Made by a program: the position numbers and the translations under genes
The notes under the pieces: model-generated
Told to the model about the DNA's origin: nothing
The model's database searches: none
The model's input: only the letters and a program-made list of their open reading frames with translations
Shown: piece after piece, positions 27,354 to 37,858 of the stretch
Numbering within the stretch: the stretch's first letter is position 1
Layout of the letters: every line of letters starts with the position of its first letter
NCBI GenBank assembly: GCA_050298595.1
Contig: JBNKUM010000101.1
Location: forward strand, 112,131 to 176,130
DNA: 64,000 nt
DNA from: Gammaproteobacteria bacterium
GTDB lineage: Bacteria; Pseudomonadota; Gammaproteobacteria; GCA-001735895
Direction: 5' to 3'

Positions 27354-28265
27354 CTAACTAGCTGCCTGTTGCTGCGAGTCAGATGGTTCTATTTCCCAGG
27401 TTCTCTTTAATGCCTTGTTGAAGGCACCAATGATGGGGTCATTGGCTCTTTTTTTAAGATAGATAAAGTCCAGACTGACAGTCGGAATATCGATAGGTGG
27501 AATATAGAAATATCCATCCTTTTCTCCCTGCTGCGCAATATCCTTACGGACAATCCCTATACCGACACCCGCCTTGATCATGCTGTGAAGTGCATCTTCC
27601 TGATCGGAAACCAGAACCTTTTCGGGCTTGCAACAGTGTGCCTCGAATAACGACTGGATGGCACTAAAGTAAGCACAATTCGGCGAAGTATAAACCCATG
27701 GCAGTTGTGCCAACTTTTCAATCGAAGGGGAGGGTATTTTATTATGCCAATCTATTGGTGCAGCAACACAGAGCTGGACCTCTGTAAGTGGCAGCGTCTG
27801 CATCTGCGGATCATCGCACTCACCGGAGATAAAAGCACCATCTATACGGCCGACTCGCACATTCTGAATATTGGTCTCTGTCATCCCTGATAGAAAATTC
27901 AATTCAAGGCGAGGGTAATGAGAGGTCAAATCTCGTTGCAGCAGTGGTAATCTTAAAAATTCCGCGTCGTTGTTCAATCCGATACTGATTTTACCGAGCA
28001 GTTCATCCTGCATACCTTTGGCAAATTGAACAAATTCACCAGCAGCCGCCAAAGTTTGCTCAGCACGCGGTAAAAGCTTTTCTCCCGCTGTCGTGAGTTG
28101 CATGCCTTTGGGTGTACGGTGAAACAGGGTGACGCCCAGCTCTTCCTCCAGCGACTTAATATGGGCGCTGATGGCTGGTTGACTGGTAAATAAGCGGTCG
28201 GATGCTCGCGTTAGATGGCCTTCCTCGGCCACCGTGATAAAAGTTTTCAGGTGGTATAATTCCAT
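27354..28265 (-). CDS. LysR-family transcriptional regulator
   Basis: LKTFITVAEEGHLTRASDRLFTSQPAISAHIKSLEEELGVTLFHR. Confidence 0.95.
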   Translation of the reverse strand: MELYHLKTFITVAEEGHLTRASDRLFTSQPAISAHIKSLEEELGVTLFHRTPKGMQLTTAGEKLLPRAEQTLAAAGEFVQFAKGMQDELLGKISIGLNNDAEFLRLPLLQRDLTSHYPRLELNFLSGMTETNIQNVRVGRIDGAFISGECDDPQMQTLPLTEVQLCVAAPIDWHNKIPSPSIEKLAQLPWVYTSPNCAYFSAIQSLFEAHCCKPEKVLVSDQEDALHSMIKAGVGIGIVRKDIAQQGEKDGYFYIPPIDIPTVSLDFIYLKKRANDPIIGAFNKALKRTWEIEPSDSQQQAAS

Positions 28266-28442
28266 ATCAGGATTCTCGCTTGTATGCTTTTCATGACATT
28301 ACGGCAAGTACACACGAATCTGCCGAGTTTCGCCATCACATTTTCTGATCAACTGAATCAGATAAAGCAATAGACATGTTCGACAGGCATATTCAGATAT
28401 TCATACGGCTATATCCTTATTTTCTCATAGATAACCAGAATT

Positions 28443-29021
28443 TTAGCGGCCCCTGAATGCTAGAATTTTACGCAGTTGTCTTCCATGCACGACCTGATGT
28501 ATAGCAGACATTATGAGCCACTGGCAACTCCAGGGTCTGGTTTGCATTTCAATCTTGTAAGTGCTTTTGGCCTCCTTATCGATAAAATTGCTCAAACAAG
28601 GATAAACACTGTTTTTACCGACAGTGCGAGTGACAAACTCAGACGCTGATAACACAAAACTGGTACCACTGGGTCAGATGACATTAAGGTTGTTAGCCCT
28701 AAAAAACCACCCTTGGTATAAGCCGAAAAATCAGCACTGCGTTTGCCATTAAAATGAGTGAATAACATCAGCAGCATATCCTCATAATTAGCACTACTTT
28801 TGGTGAAGTTTTGCACTGTACCGGGGCCGTTATCGATGATAATCCCCGCTTTATCATCCAGCCATATCAGGTAACCTGTAGACGCATGAGGATCTAGTAG
28901 TTCCGGATCACGGGTGCCAAGCATTTGTAGTTTAACGCTATCTGATTGACAGCTACCAGCAGAAGCTTACCCAGCAAACGCCAAACAACTAACAAGCAAT
29001 AGTTTGGCAGTATAGGCGCAT
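28443..29021 (-). pseudogene. Degraded MBL-fold hydrolase (RNase Z/arylsulfatase-like)
   Basis: MLGTRDPEL..ASTGYLIWLD...IIDNGPG; HxHxDH decayed to THFNGKRSAD; frameshifts. Confidence 0.65.
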
Positions 29022-29183
29022 AATTTTTTTATTTATATCAGTTTAAATATAATGCTTAAAGCGCGATACAAGATATCTATAATTGCAGGGATCTTGATGA
29101 CAATAGATTTAAACGATAGCCATATGACTGCTGGCTCCGAAAGGAAAAACTATTTTCTAAGGCAAAATTTCAGATGCAAGTGG

Positions 29184-29654
29184 CTATAGCTTTACATATT
29201 CACTGATAGTATCTAGCAGCCATTCAGTAACGGAGACATACCTGACACCTGTTAAAGTGTCATTTCTATCAAAGTAGACAACTTCTCCGGTTTGAGTAGC
29301 GACACACAAATGATTACCTTTGATATCTTCCGTGAAAGGTATCCAATCTTCTTGCCAGTTATTTTGTGAAAGCACACCGACCTCAGTAGAATCGTTAAGA
29401 GTTTCTATGGTATCAACTGAATCATCGACAGACATGAGCTTTTCATGGTTCTTTGGGTTGAAATCACCAGTGTAACTTTCACCTTGACCATTATGCCAGT
29501 TCCAAAGGGCTTTGAGATCGGCAGGTAAAACATCATACAAAGGGCCAAACTCAGCGTCCATGTATAAGTCTGGCACACCTGGCTCCAGTGAGTTGTGAAG
29601 TTCGGGTTTTTTTTGCTTGATCAGTTCGCCAAGTTGTTCTAAATGTTTTGTCAT
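29184..29654 (-). CDS. SMI1/KNR4 (SUKH) family protein
   Basis: LPADLKALWNWHNGQ, WIPFTEDIKGNHLCV, GEVVYF, SVTEWL. Confidence 0.85.
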   Translation of the reverse strand: MTKHLEQLGELIKQKKPELHNSLEPGVPDLYMDAEFGPLYDVLPADLKALWNWHNGQGESYTGDFNPKNHEKLMSVDDSVDTIETLNDSTEVGVLSQNNWQEDWIPFTEDIKGNHLCVATQTGEVVYFDRNDTLTGVRYVSVTEWLLDTISEYVKL

Positions 29655-30321
29655 ATCAGTCTTGATTTATAATTTTTCGATAGAAGGAACCCTTCATAGC
29701 AGATTGTAGAAGGTTTGCCATATTTTTCACCCATAATAGATCCATACTAAATTAGCAGTTAAACTATTGTCAATGTACTATTTTGATCTGTTAATCATCA
29801 CTAGAACAAATAGTTACTAGCATATTTTCAAGAAAATTCTACTATTACAATATATCTTTTGTTGAATTTATTTAGTGAAGTATTCATGGATTAAGAAATT
29901 GGATAAATCTCTACAGGTCAATCATCCCTCGGCTCTGGATTAGCTTCACTTTATTCCCCTTTTAATTTTGTCTGTTGTTTGACTACTTCTGATATTTGTC
30001 CTATCGGGTTGCGTGTTTTGATCGGAGCGCAAATACCTGGAGCCATAGCAACTGGTTTATAAACCTTAAGCGAGTTTTTTATTGTCGTTAAGAATTCAGG
30101 CGCTTAAAAGAAAATACCAGGTGCTCTGGACAAAATGTGGGGATACTGCTTATAGGATTAGCATGCAATTACTTATAAGCTCATCGACTGATGGATTGCC
30201 TGCCACTGTGTTTAATCTTGACACGTACGTGAAAAATCGCAACACTACTAAAAAAACGAAGAACAAGTCTGAATTCCCTGCAGTTAGACGTCTTTGATCT
30301 TAATAAAGGATATTTTGATTA

Positions 30322-30897
30322 ATGATTAATGCTGCAATCGACCACATTTGTTTTCAGCTCAACCAGTACCTGACGAAGGTATACGGTTTGAATGAGGATG
30401 TGGTTGTCATCTCGAATATCCTTGAGCAGGATGGCTCAGTCTCTGCCCATATAAATAATAAAATCGTTGTTTCACTGGTCAATATCGAAAAGGATAGCAT
30501 CCCATTTCGCCAGCAGACAGTGGGCCCAGCTGGGGCTACCCGTTCTCTGGTTACCGCCCGCCCACTGTATTTCAACCTGTATCTAATGGTGGCCAGTTAT
30601 TTCAATGGCAGCAACTACCGGGAAGGCCTCAAGTTCATATCTACCACCCTCAGCTATTTCCAGGGGCAGCCGGTTTTTAACCAACAGAACTCTCCAGGCC
30701 TGGACAGTGGTATTGAAAAGTTGATTCTCGAAATCGAAAACCTCGATCTGAACAATCTCAGTAACCTGTGGGGAGTTCTCAGTGGTAAGTACCTGCCTTC
30801 GGTTTTATATAAAGTCAGGATGATCAGCTTTGACGCCGAAGCCGTCATCGATCAGCCAACCAGGGTATCACAACCTGATTCCCAACTCGATTTTTAA
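30322..30897 (+). CDS. eCIS cap/terminator protein (DUF4255, Afp16/Pvc16-like)
   Basis: SLVNIEKD, PLYFNLYLM, NLWGVLSGKYLPSVLYKVRM; first gene of the cluster. Confidence 0.85.
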   Translation: MINAAIDHICFQLNQYLTKVYGLNEDVVVISNILEQDGSVSAHINNKIVVSLVNIEKDSIPFRQQTVGPAGATRSLVTARPLYFNLYLMVASYFNGSNYREGLKFISTTLSYFQGQPVFNQQNSPGLDSGIEKLILEIENLDLNNLSNLWGVLSGKYLPSVLYKVRMISFDAEAVIDQPTRVSQPDSQLDF

Positions 30898-30911
30898 TGA
30901 GGAGATAACAG

Positions 30912-31778
30912 GTGGCCATGTATCAAACTTTATTGAATATCAGGATTGAACATGGTTTTTATCAGAGTGGCATTTGCCACAGTCTGAAATTTCGTCCGAC
31001 CGGGAATACCAGTTGTTTACTGGATAACTGTAATCTGCTGTTAAAAAAAACTGACAGTGGCATCCAGATTATCTACCAGACTTCCAGCCTGGAAGCATTA
31101 CAGGCCTACGCAGAAGATGAAACCACACCGTTACAGTTTGATTTTAAGGTCTATGCCTCTGACCCCTATTTTAGAAGTTACTCCGAGCCTTATGCAGATC
31201 GCGACCAGCGTATTCTGTATTTCTCAAACCAGCGAACGCAGTTTGACGTGCAGATGGGCCTGATGCAGGATGACTATGCCTCGCCACAGGACTGGATCAG
31301 TTTCGATGCGCCAGAGTTGCAGGACATCATTGAACCAGAGGATAGCCTGCTGCCGCCTGAGTTCGTCATTCATATCTCTGCTTTGACTGAGCAGGGGCTT
31401 CAACTGGAACATTGGCTTGCCGCGTCAACCCCTGCCTACACTATTGCCTTTAAGTCACGGGAGAGATATTGGATATATTACCTGCTCGGTGGTATGGCGC
31501 ACGACAACTATTACATCCTCGACCAGGACAGGCACATAGAATTTGATGCTCTCGGTCAGGTAAAACTCGCGGACCGGAAGCAGGCCTATGCCTTCCGCTC
31601 CAGGCATAGTATCCCGCTTAATGATTACTATGCATACCGGTTTCAATTGAAGGAAAGGAATGCTGGTGGTGAAAGAGTAGTGATCAACCGTCTACCGGTC
31701 GCCAGTATCTCTCACATTGGAAAAGAAGTGATTGCCGAACAGGAAGCTATCGTATCGGAAATTTATATCAACGGCTAA
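30912..31778 (+). CDS. eCIS-associated protein (possible cap adaptor)
   Basis: Lies between DUF4255 and sheath; Y..LLNIRIEHGFY start and SEIYIN end resemble genes found at this slot in Bacteroidetes-type CIS loci. Confidence 0.55.
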   Translation: MAMYQTLLNIRIEHGFYQSGICHSLKFRPTGNTSCLLDNCNLLLKKTDSGIQIIYQTSSLEALQAYAEDETTPLQFDFKVYASDPYFRSYSEPYADRDQRILYFSNQRTQFDVQMGLMQDDYASPQDWISFDAPELQDIIEPEDSLLPPEFVIHISALTEQGLQLEHWLAASTPAYTIAFKSRERYWIYYLLGGMAHDNYYILDQDRHIEFDALGQVKLADRKQAYAFRSRHSIPLNDYYAYRFQLKERNAGGERVVINRLPVASISHIGKEVIAEQEAIVSEIYING

Positions 31779-31795
31779 ACAACATAGGAAAAATC

Positions 31796-33331
31796 ATGGG
31801 ACAGATGAAAACACCAGGCGTATATATTGTTGAAAAGAGTGCCTTTCCAAATTCGGTAGTCGAGGTTGCCACTGCCGTTCCAGCTTTTATCGGTTATACC
31901 GAAAAAGCGGATAACAAAGGTAAAACCTTACTTAACAAACCATGGCGCATTACCTCAATGTCAGAGTTTCATAATTATTATGGCTTTGCGCCAATGCCAC
32001 AGTTCAGTATTGATCAACTGAGCGCAGATGGGGGAGAAGAGTCGGACTTTTCTGTGGCTGAAACCAACTATGTATTAAACCAGAGCGCTGGAAAATATCT
32101 GCTGTATTACAGCATGCTGCTGTTTTTCCAGAACGGCGGTGGGCCCTGCTATATCGTATCTGTAGGGAGCTATCAGGACGATATTGAAGCTGACCGATTA
32201 CAGAAAGGAGTGGGCTTATTGATAAAGGAGCAGGAGCCTACCATGGTAGTGATTCCTGAAACCGTCCTGCTGGACGAACCGAGTAGCATCAGCGTACAAC
32301 AGGCTGCACTGGCGCATTGCGGCGGCAAGATGAAAAGTCGTATCGCGATACTCGATATCTGGGGTGGACAACGTGATCGGCAGGATCCTTCCGGCGATTG
32401 CATCGAAAACTTTCGTTCTGCGCTGGGTATTAACTACCTGGATTATGCAGCTGCCTATTATCCCTGGGTGAATACAACCATCGTGCAGGATAAAGACCTG
32501 AACTATGAAAATATTGTGAACCAGGATGTATTGCAAACACTGATGCGCGAGGAGCTGTCGATACCAGATACCATCGATGAATCAACGCCTCCAAAAATTG
32601 CACAACAGGCCCAATCGATTACCGATATTAGCAACAAATGGGAAGATGTAAGCGGTGATGAAGCCTGGTCTCAAAAAAACCTGCTGGGCAAAAGCCTGCT
32701 GGCAATGAGTCCGCTGTACGGCAGTATCCTCGCTGCCATTAAGGCAAAGCTTAACCTGCTACCACCTGCCGCAGCAATGGCCGGAGTTTATACCATGGTG
32801 GATAATTCTCGTGGTGTGTGGAAGGCCCCTGCTAATGTGTCCCTGAGTGCGGTAGTGTCCCCTGCAGTGAATATCACCCATGATGAACAGGAAGACCTGA
32901 ACGTGAATACTCAGGGAAAATCGATCAATGCAATTCGAAGCTTTATCGGTGAGGGCACTCTGGTGTGGGGTGCAAGAACGCTGGATGGCAATAGCCTGGA
33001 CTGGCGTTATATAAACGTGCGTCGCACCATGATTATGCTGGAGGAATCGATTCGTCTGGCGGCTAAGGCCTATGTATTCGAGCCTAATGTTGCCAATACT
33101 TGGGTCACCATCAAGAGCATGATTCGCAACTTCCTCACAGGTATCTGGAAACGTGGCGGGCTAGCAGGAGCGGTACCAGATGATGCCTTTAGTGTGCATG
33201 TGGGCCTGGGTGAAACTATGACCTCGGAGGATATACTGGAAGGCATACTGCGCGTTACCGTGCTGGTTGCGGTGAGCCGCCCAGCTGAATTCATTGAGAT
33301 AACCTTCCAGCAACAGATGCAAAAGTCATAG
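31796..33331 (+). CDS. Contractile tail sheath protein (Afp2/3/4-like)
   Basis: KTPGVYIVE, TAVPAFIGYT, RGVWKAPAN, VWGARTL, YINVRR, RPAEFI. Confidence 0.96.
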   Translation: MGQMKTPGVYIVEKSAFPNSVVEVATAVPAFIGYTEKADNKGKTLLNKPWRITSMSEFHNYYGFAPMPQFSIDQLSADGGEESDFSVAETNYVLNQSAGKYLLYYSMLLFFQNGGGPCYIVSVGSYQDDIEADRLQKGVGLLIKEQEPTMVVIPETVLLDEPSSISVQQAALAHCGGKMKSRIAILDIWGGQRDRQDPSGDCIENFRSALGINYLDYAAAYYPWVNTTIVQDKDLNYENIVNQDVLQTLMREELSIPDTIDESTPPKIAQQAQSITDISNKWEDVSGDEAWSQKNLLGKSLLAMSPLYGSILAAIKAKLNLLPPAAAMAGVYTMVDNSRGVWKAPANVSLSAVVSPAVNITHDEQEDLNVNTQGKSINAIRSFIGEGTLVWGARTLDGNSLDWRYINVRRTMIMLEESIRLAAKAYVFEPNVANTWVTIKSMIRNFLTGIWKRGGLAGAVPDDAFSVHVGLGETMTSEDILEGILRVTVLVAVSRPAEFIEITFQQQMQKS

Positions 33332-33395
33332 GTGGCAGGTGACTGGTTTAACAATACTAACTCGTTATTTAACTCAATTTTTATAGGAAACAATC

Positions 33396-33854
33396 ATGGC
33401 TGATGATGGATCTGCACAATCAACAAACGTATGGCCCATACCTAAATTCTACTTTCAGGTGAAGTGGGATTCTGAGGTAATGGCATTTCAGGAAGTGAGT
33501 GGTCTGGATGCCGAGGCACAACCGATAGAGTATAGAAGCGGTGATAACCCGGAATTTTCGGTGATCAAGATGCCTGGCATCAAAAAGTATGGCAATGTCA
33601 CAATGAAAAAAGGTGTTTTCAAATCGGATAACAAGTTCTGGGACTGGTTTAAACAAATCAAGATGAACACGATAAAACGTATTCCGGTGACGATCAGTTT
33701 GCTGGATGAAGCAGGTGCACCAACGATGGTATGGACATTGGCGAATGCCTGGCCCACCAAGGTGACAGGTACTGACCTTAAGTCGGATGGCAACGAAGTG
33801 GCGATCGAAACTATCGAAGTCGCTCATGAAGGGATAACCATCGATAATTCATAA
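33396..33854 (+). CDS. Tail tube protein (T4 gp19-like, Afp1)
   Basis: FQEVSGLD, IEYRSG, KMPG, VTMKKG, NAWPTK, EVAIETIE. Confidence 0.95.
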   Translation: MADDGSAQSTNVWPIPKFYFQVKWDSEVMAFQEVSGLDAEAQPIEYRSGDNPEFSVIKMPGIKKYGNVTMKKGVFKSDNKFWDWFKQIKMNTIKRIPVTISLLDEAGAPTMVWTLANAWPTKVTGTDLKSDGNEVAIETIEVAHEGITIDNS

Positions 33855-33924
33855 ATTATACGAATAAAGGGGGCTGAATTGACGTTAAGGCTCAGCCTCG
33901 TTTCGCTTTGTTAGAGGGAGAGTT

Positions 33925-34380
33925 ATGACGGATGATTCCTATCCACCTTCGGCTTTTTATTTCGAAGTCGCGTTTGATAAAAAATCGGGGTTATCCGATA
34001 CCTCGTTTCAGGAGGTCAGTGGAATAAAGGCGACGATAGAAACCGAGACCTATACCGAGTTAGGAGAGAATGGATCGGTGCACCATCTGCCAAAAACGCC
34101 AACTTATGACAATCTGCAACTGAAGCGTGGTATAGCCGATGCTATGTCACCATTGGTGATATGGTGCAGCTCGATATTTAATGGAGATTTTTCCAGTCCA
34201 ATCAAGCCTAAGGATATGTTGATCTATCTGATGAATGAAAACAAATTACCCATTCGCGCCTGGAGCTTTGTTAATGCCTTTCCGGTGAGCTGGAATATAG
34301 ATAGTTTCAATTCCACCAAGAACGAAGTTGCGATAGAAACCATAGAGCTGCGTTACAGCAGTTTTTCCAGAGTAATCTAA
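33925..34380 (+). CDS. Second tail tube protein (Afp5-like)
   Basis: FQEVSGI, ELGENG, LKRG, NAFPVSW, NEVAIETIEL. Confidence 0.92.
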   Translation: MTDDSYPPSAFYFEVAFDKKSGLSDTSFQEVSGIKATIETETYTELGENGSVHHLPKTPTYDNLQLKRGIADAMSPLVIWCSSIFNGDFSSPIKPKDMLIYLMNENKLPIRAWSFVNAFPVSWNIDSFNSTKNEVAIETIELRYSSFSRVI

Positions 34381-34384
34381 CTTT

Positions 34385-34555
34385 ATGTCGATCGAAATAA
34401 AACAGATGATTATTAAATCCACTCTGGTGGATGAACGCAGGAATCAACTCCATTCAGAATATGAAAATTTTGATATCGAGGAGATGAAGCAGCAGCTCAT
34501 GGAAGCATGCCGGGAAATGATTGAACAAAACCTGATCGAGTCGCAGGAGCGCTAA
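34385..34555 (+). CDS. Small eCIS protein (DUF5908/Afp6-like plug), absent from the ORF track
   Basis: MSIEIKQMIIKSTLV...MEACREMIEQNLIESQER, 56 aa, fills the gap between the tube and LysM genes. Confidence 0.8.
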   Translation: MSIEIKQMIIKSTLVDERRNQLHSEYENFDIEEMKQQLMEACREMIEQNLIESQER

Positions 34556-34562
34556 ACATTTC

Positions 34563-35246
34563 ATGACGACAGGGAAGAAAGACAAACTGACGATCTGCAG
34601 TTGCACAGTCGATAGCGACGGCAATATTACTGCGAACAAAGATGATGTTTTCGAGTTCATGCTCAATCCCTCAGAGTATGATCATTCCTACAATATTTCT
34701 TACAATAAATCCGAAGCCATTGGTCAACTGGCTTCGGATATGAAATTCAGCAGCATCAAACCACAAAGCTTAAAGTTTAGCACCCTGCTCGATGGCACTG
34801 GAGCGATAGCAGATTCAGGTGGCAGTAGCAAAGACGTCAAGGATCAGGTCAAAGCGCTTAAGGCTATTGTATATAACTACGATGGCTCAGAGCATCAGCC
34901 CAATTATGTGCGGGTGTTATGGGGTAGTCAGATTTTCTTTGGTCGGCTGGATTCTATGTCGGTCGATAATACCCTGTTCAAACCGAGCGGTGAGCCGCTG
35001 CGCGCCAAGGTCAAGATGTCTTTTAGCGGCTTCATGAGCAAGGAAGAAGAAGCATTAAGGGCTAATCGATCCTCCCCAGACCTAAGCCATCTGCTTGAGG
35101 TGAAAGCGGGGGATACACTACCGCTACTGTGTTACCAGATCTATAAAGACAGTTCCTATTACCTGGAGGTTGCCCGAGTGAATAATTTAACCGACTTTCG
35201 AGATCTTAAGCCGGGTAGCAAGCTCCACTTTCCACCGCTGAGGTAA
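34563..35246 (+). CDS. Tube initiator with LysM domain (Afp7-like)
   Basis: LNPSEY, LDGTG, TLFKPSGEPLRA, VKAGDTLPLLCYQIY..VARVNNL. Confidence 0.92.
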   Translation: MTTGKKDKLTICSCTVDSDGNITANKDDVFEFMLNPSEYDHSYNISYNKSEAIGQLASDMKFSSIKPQSLKFSTLLDGTGAIADSGGSSKDVKDQVKALKAIVYNYDGSEHQPNYVRVLWGSQIFFGRLDSMSVDNTLFKPSGEPLRAKVKMSFSGFMSKEEEALRANRSSPDLSHLLEVKAGDTLPLLCYQIYKDSSYYLEVARVNNLTDFRDLKPGSKLHFPPLR

Positions 35247-35248
35247 CA

Positions 35249-37039
35249 GTGCCACAGTCACCGAATGTCGATAGTAGCGACGTAGTTAAACTCAGTATCT
35301 CTAGCGCAGGTAGCCCGCTAGATGATGCGATAAAGATAGCCTCAGTTTCAGTGACCAAAACTATTAACAGGATTCCCTATGCAAAAATCATTCTGCTGGA
35401 TGGTGATATGCCGAATAAGGATTTTCCACTGAGTAACAGCGATGACTTCAAGCCGGGCAGCGAGATCAGTATCAATGCGGGCTATGGCGACTCTGAAGAA
35501 ACGATCTTTAAAGGCATTATTGTGCGCCACGGTATAAAAATCAGTGGGGAAAATTATTCGCGTCTGGTAATTGAATGCCGCGATAAAGCGGTGGCGATGA
35601 CCATCGGACGGCATAACGCTAATTATATCGATTCAAAAGACAGCGATATTATCTCTAAACTGATTGGCGAATACAGTGGACTCAGTGCTGATGTGGACAG
35701 CACCACTACCGAATACCCCGAACTGGTGCAGTATTACTGTAGCGATTGGGACTTCATGCTGTCGCGCGCCGAGGCAAACGGCTTGCTGGTGTGTATTGAG
35801 AATGCCAGTGTTGCAGTAAAGGCACCGCAGACCAGTGATACACCTGAATTGAAACTCACCTATGGTGAAGATCTGATTGAGCTGGATGCCGATATGGATG
35901 CGCGCTGGCAGCTCACTGAAGTCAAAAGTGCCAGTTGGGACCCAGCCGAACAGGCCGTGGTGGAAGAGCAGGTTGCTGCACAAACATTGAACGCTCAGGG
36001 TGACCTGCAGGCAGCCGATCTGGCGAAGGTTATTGGGCTGGATTCATTCCGCCTGCAAACTCCCGCACGACTGGATAAAACGGCATTAAAGGACTGGGCC
36101 ACCGCGCAGCAGGTCAAGGCCGGATTAGCACGAATCCGTGGCAGTATGAAATTCCAGGGCAGCGCCAGCGCAAAAATCGGTTGTATGATCGAACTCGATG
36201 GGGTTGGCGAACACTTTAATGGCAATGTATTTGTCAGTTCAGTAAGACACCAGATAGACAGCCATAACTGGATAACAGAGGTGGACTTTGGCATGTCTCC
36301 CGACTGGTTCGCCGATCAGCGTGATCTGATGGCAGCGCCTGCCTCGGGCCTGCTACCGGGGGTCGATGGTCTGCAAATCGGCGTGGTGATGAAGCTGGAT
36401 GGCGATCCCGGTGGTGAAAACCGTGTGCAGGTGTCGGTACCAATACTACAGGCGGAAACCGAAGGCGTGTGGGCGCGGCTGGCGAATTTCTATGCTTCCA
36501 ATAGCTTCGGTACTTTCTTTATCCCCGAGATAGGCGATGAAGTGGTACTGGGGTATTTGAATAATGATCCCTCAAATCCGGTGATACTGGGTAGCCTGTA
36601 TAGCAGTAAACAGGTTCCGCCCTATGATCTCAGCGCAGACAATTTTACCAAGGCTATGGTTACCAGTAGTCAGCTCAAGATCGAATTTGATGATGACAAG
36701 AAAGTCATCAGCATCATCACGCCAGGCGATAACCAGGTGGTGCTCAGCGATGATGCTAAGTCGATCCTGTTGCAGGACCAGAATGGTAACAAGGTAGAGC
36801 TGAATAGCGATGGCATCGTACTGGATAGCCCTGGTGATATCAGTATCAGCGCAAAGGGAAAGGTCAGCATCGATGCAACCGGTGAATTAGCAATGAGTTC
36901 AAAAGCCGATGTGTCACTTGAAGGGATGAATGTTAAGCAGGAAGCAAAGGCTGGATTCACAGCAAAAGGCAGTGCCAGCGCTGAGTTGTCGGCCTCAGGG
37001 AATACCACCATTAAGGGCGCGATGGTGATGATTAACTAG
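35249..37039 (+). CDS. VgrG-like spike (Afp8)
   Basis: VQYYCSDWDFMLSRAEANG, WARLA, FFIPEIGDEV..G, C-terminal beta-helix repeats. Confidence 0.95.
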   Translation: MPQSPNVDSSDVVKLSISSAGSPLDDAIKIASVSVTKTINRIPYAKIILLDGDMPNKDFPLSNSDDFKPGSEISINAGYGDSEETIFKGIIVRHGIKISGENYSRLVIECRDKAVAMTIGRHNANYIDSKDSDIISKLIGEYSGLSADVDSTTTEYPELVQYYCSDWDFMLSRAEANGLLVCIENASVAVKAPQTSDTPELKLTYGEDLIELDADMDARWQLTEVKSASWDPAEQAVVEEQVAAQTLNAQGDLQAADLAKVIGLDSFRLQTPARLDKTALKDWATAQQVKAGLARIRGSMKFQGSASAKIGCMIELDGVGEHFNGNVFVSSVRHQIDSHNWITEVDFGMSPDWFADQRDLMAAPASGLLPGVDGLQIGVVMKLDGDPGGENRVQVSVPILQAETEGVWARLANFYASNSFGTFFIPEIGDEVVLGYLNNDPSNPVILGSLYSSKQVPPYDLSADNFTKAMVTSSQLKIEFDDDKKVISIITPGDNQVVLSDDAKSILLQDQNGNKVELNSDGIVLDSPGDISISAKGKVSIDATGELAMSSKADVSLEGMNVKQEAKAGFTAKGSASAELSASGNTTIKGAMVMIN

Positions 37040-37094
37040 CCGCTGTCAGAGCCTGTTAACACTAATTAAAAAAACAACAAATGAGGGTAATGCT

Positions 37095-37394
37095 ATGCCA
37101 CTCGCAGCCAGAATAACCGATATGCATACCTGTCCTATGCAAACCCCTGCGTTGCCACCGATTCCGCATGTTGGAGGTCCGGTGATCGGTCCTGGTGTCG
37201 CTACCGTATTAATCGAAAAATTGCCCGCTGCTGTGCTCGGCGATAGCTGTGTTTGTGTTGGCCCGCCAGATACCATCGCCAAGGGTTCTGCCACGGTGAT
37301 GATCGGTAATAAACCAGCAGCACGCATGGGCGACACTACAGCACATGGTGGCAGTATCGTCATCGGTGCGCCGACCGTGATGATAGGAGGGTAA
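37095..37394 (+). CDS. PAAR-domain spike tip (Afp10)
   Basis: AARITDMHTCP, PAAVLGD, PAARMGD..AHGG. Confidence 0.95.
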   Translation: MPLAARITDMHTCPMQTPALPPIPHVGGPVIGPGVATVLIEKLPAAVLGDSCVCVGPPDTIAKGSATVMIGNKPAARMGDTTAHGGSIVIGAPTVMIGG

Positions 37395-37395
37395 T

Positions 37396-37821
37396 ATGTC
37401 CGATACGGATAAAGCATTTCTTGGCACAGGCTGGAGCTTTCCCCCCGAGTTTCATAAGTACGCTGGCGGGCCGGGCGTGAAAATGGTGAGTGAAGAAGAC
37501 GATATCGTCGAAAGCCTGAATATCCTGTTGTCTACCCGACCTGGTGAGAGGGTCATGCAACCTTCTTATGGCTGTGCTTTGCATGCGCTGCTATTTGAAA
37601 GCATCAATGAAACCAGTCTGACCGAAATCAGAGATGTCATTGAACGAGCGGTGCTGTTTTATGAGCCGCGTATTACCCTGCATAGTATCGACTTCGATAC
37701 GGGGCAGGAGCTGGATGGCAGGCTTGGAATCCAGCTTAATTATACGGTGCGTAAAACCAATACTCGTAGCAATATGGTGTATCCCTTTTATTACCTGGAA
37801 GCAAGTCAGGTTCGTATTTGA
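37396..37821 (+). CDS. gp25-like baseplate wedge / sheath initiator (Afp9)
   Basis: FLGTGWSFPP, LSTRPGERVMQPSYGC, EPRI, NMVYPFY. Confidence 0.95.
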   Translation: MSDTDKAFLGTGWSFPPEFHKYAGGPGVKMVSEEDDIVESLNILLSTRPGERVMQPSYGCALHALLFESINETSLTEIRDVIERAVLFYEPRITLHSIDFDTGQELDGRLGIQLNYTVRKTNTRSNMVYPFYYLEASQVRI

Positions 37822-37858
37822 TGATTGAACATTATAGTGCGACAAAAGGACATTGAGA

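Noticed and set aside
30082-30297. 71-aa ORF, and sigma54 or ops sites upstream of the eCIS
   Set aside because: TTG start without RBS; no convincing TGGCAC-N5-TTGC or GGCGGTAG match seen
37048-37066. MITE-end-like AGAGCCTGTTAACACTA between vgrG and PAAR
   Set aside because: Only one end, with no partner inverted repeat nearby
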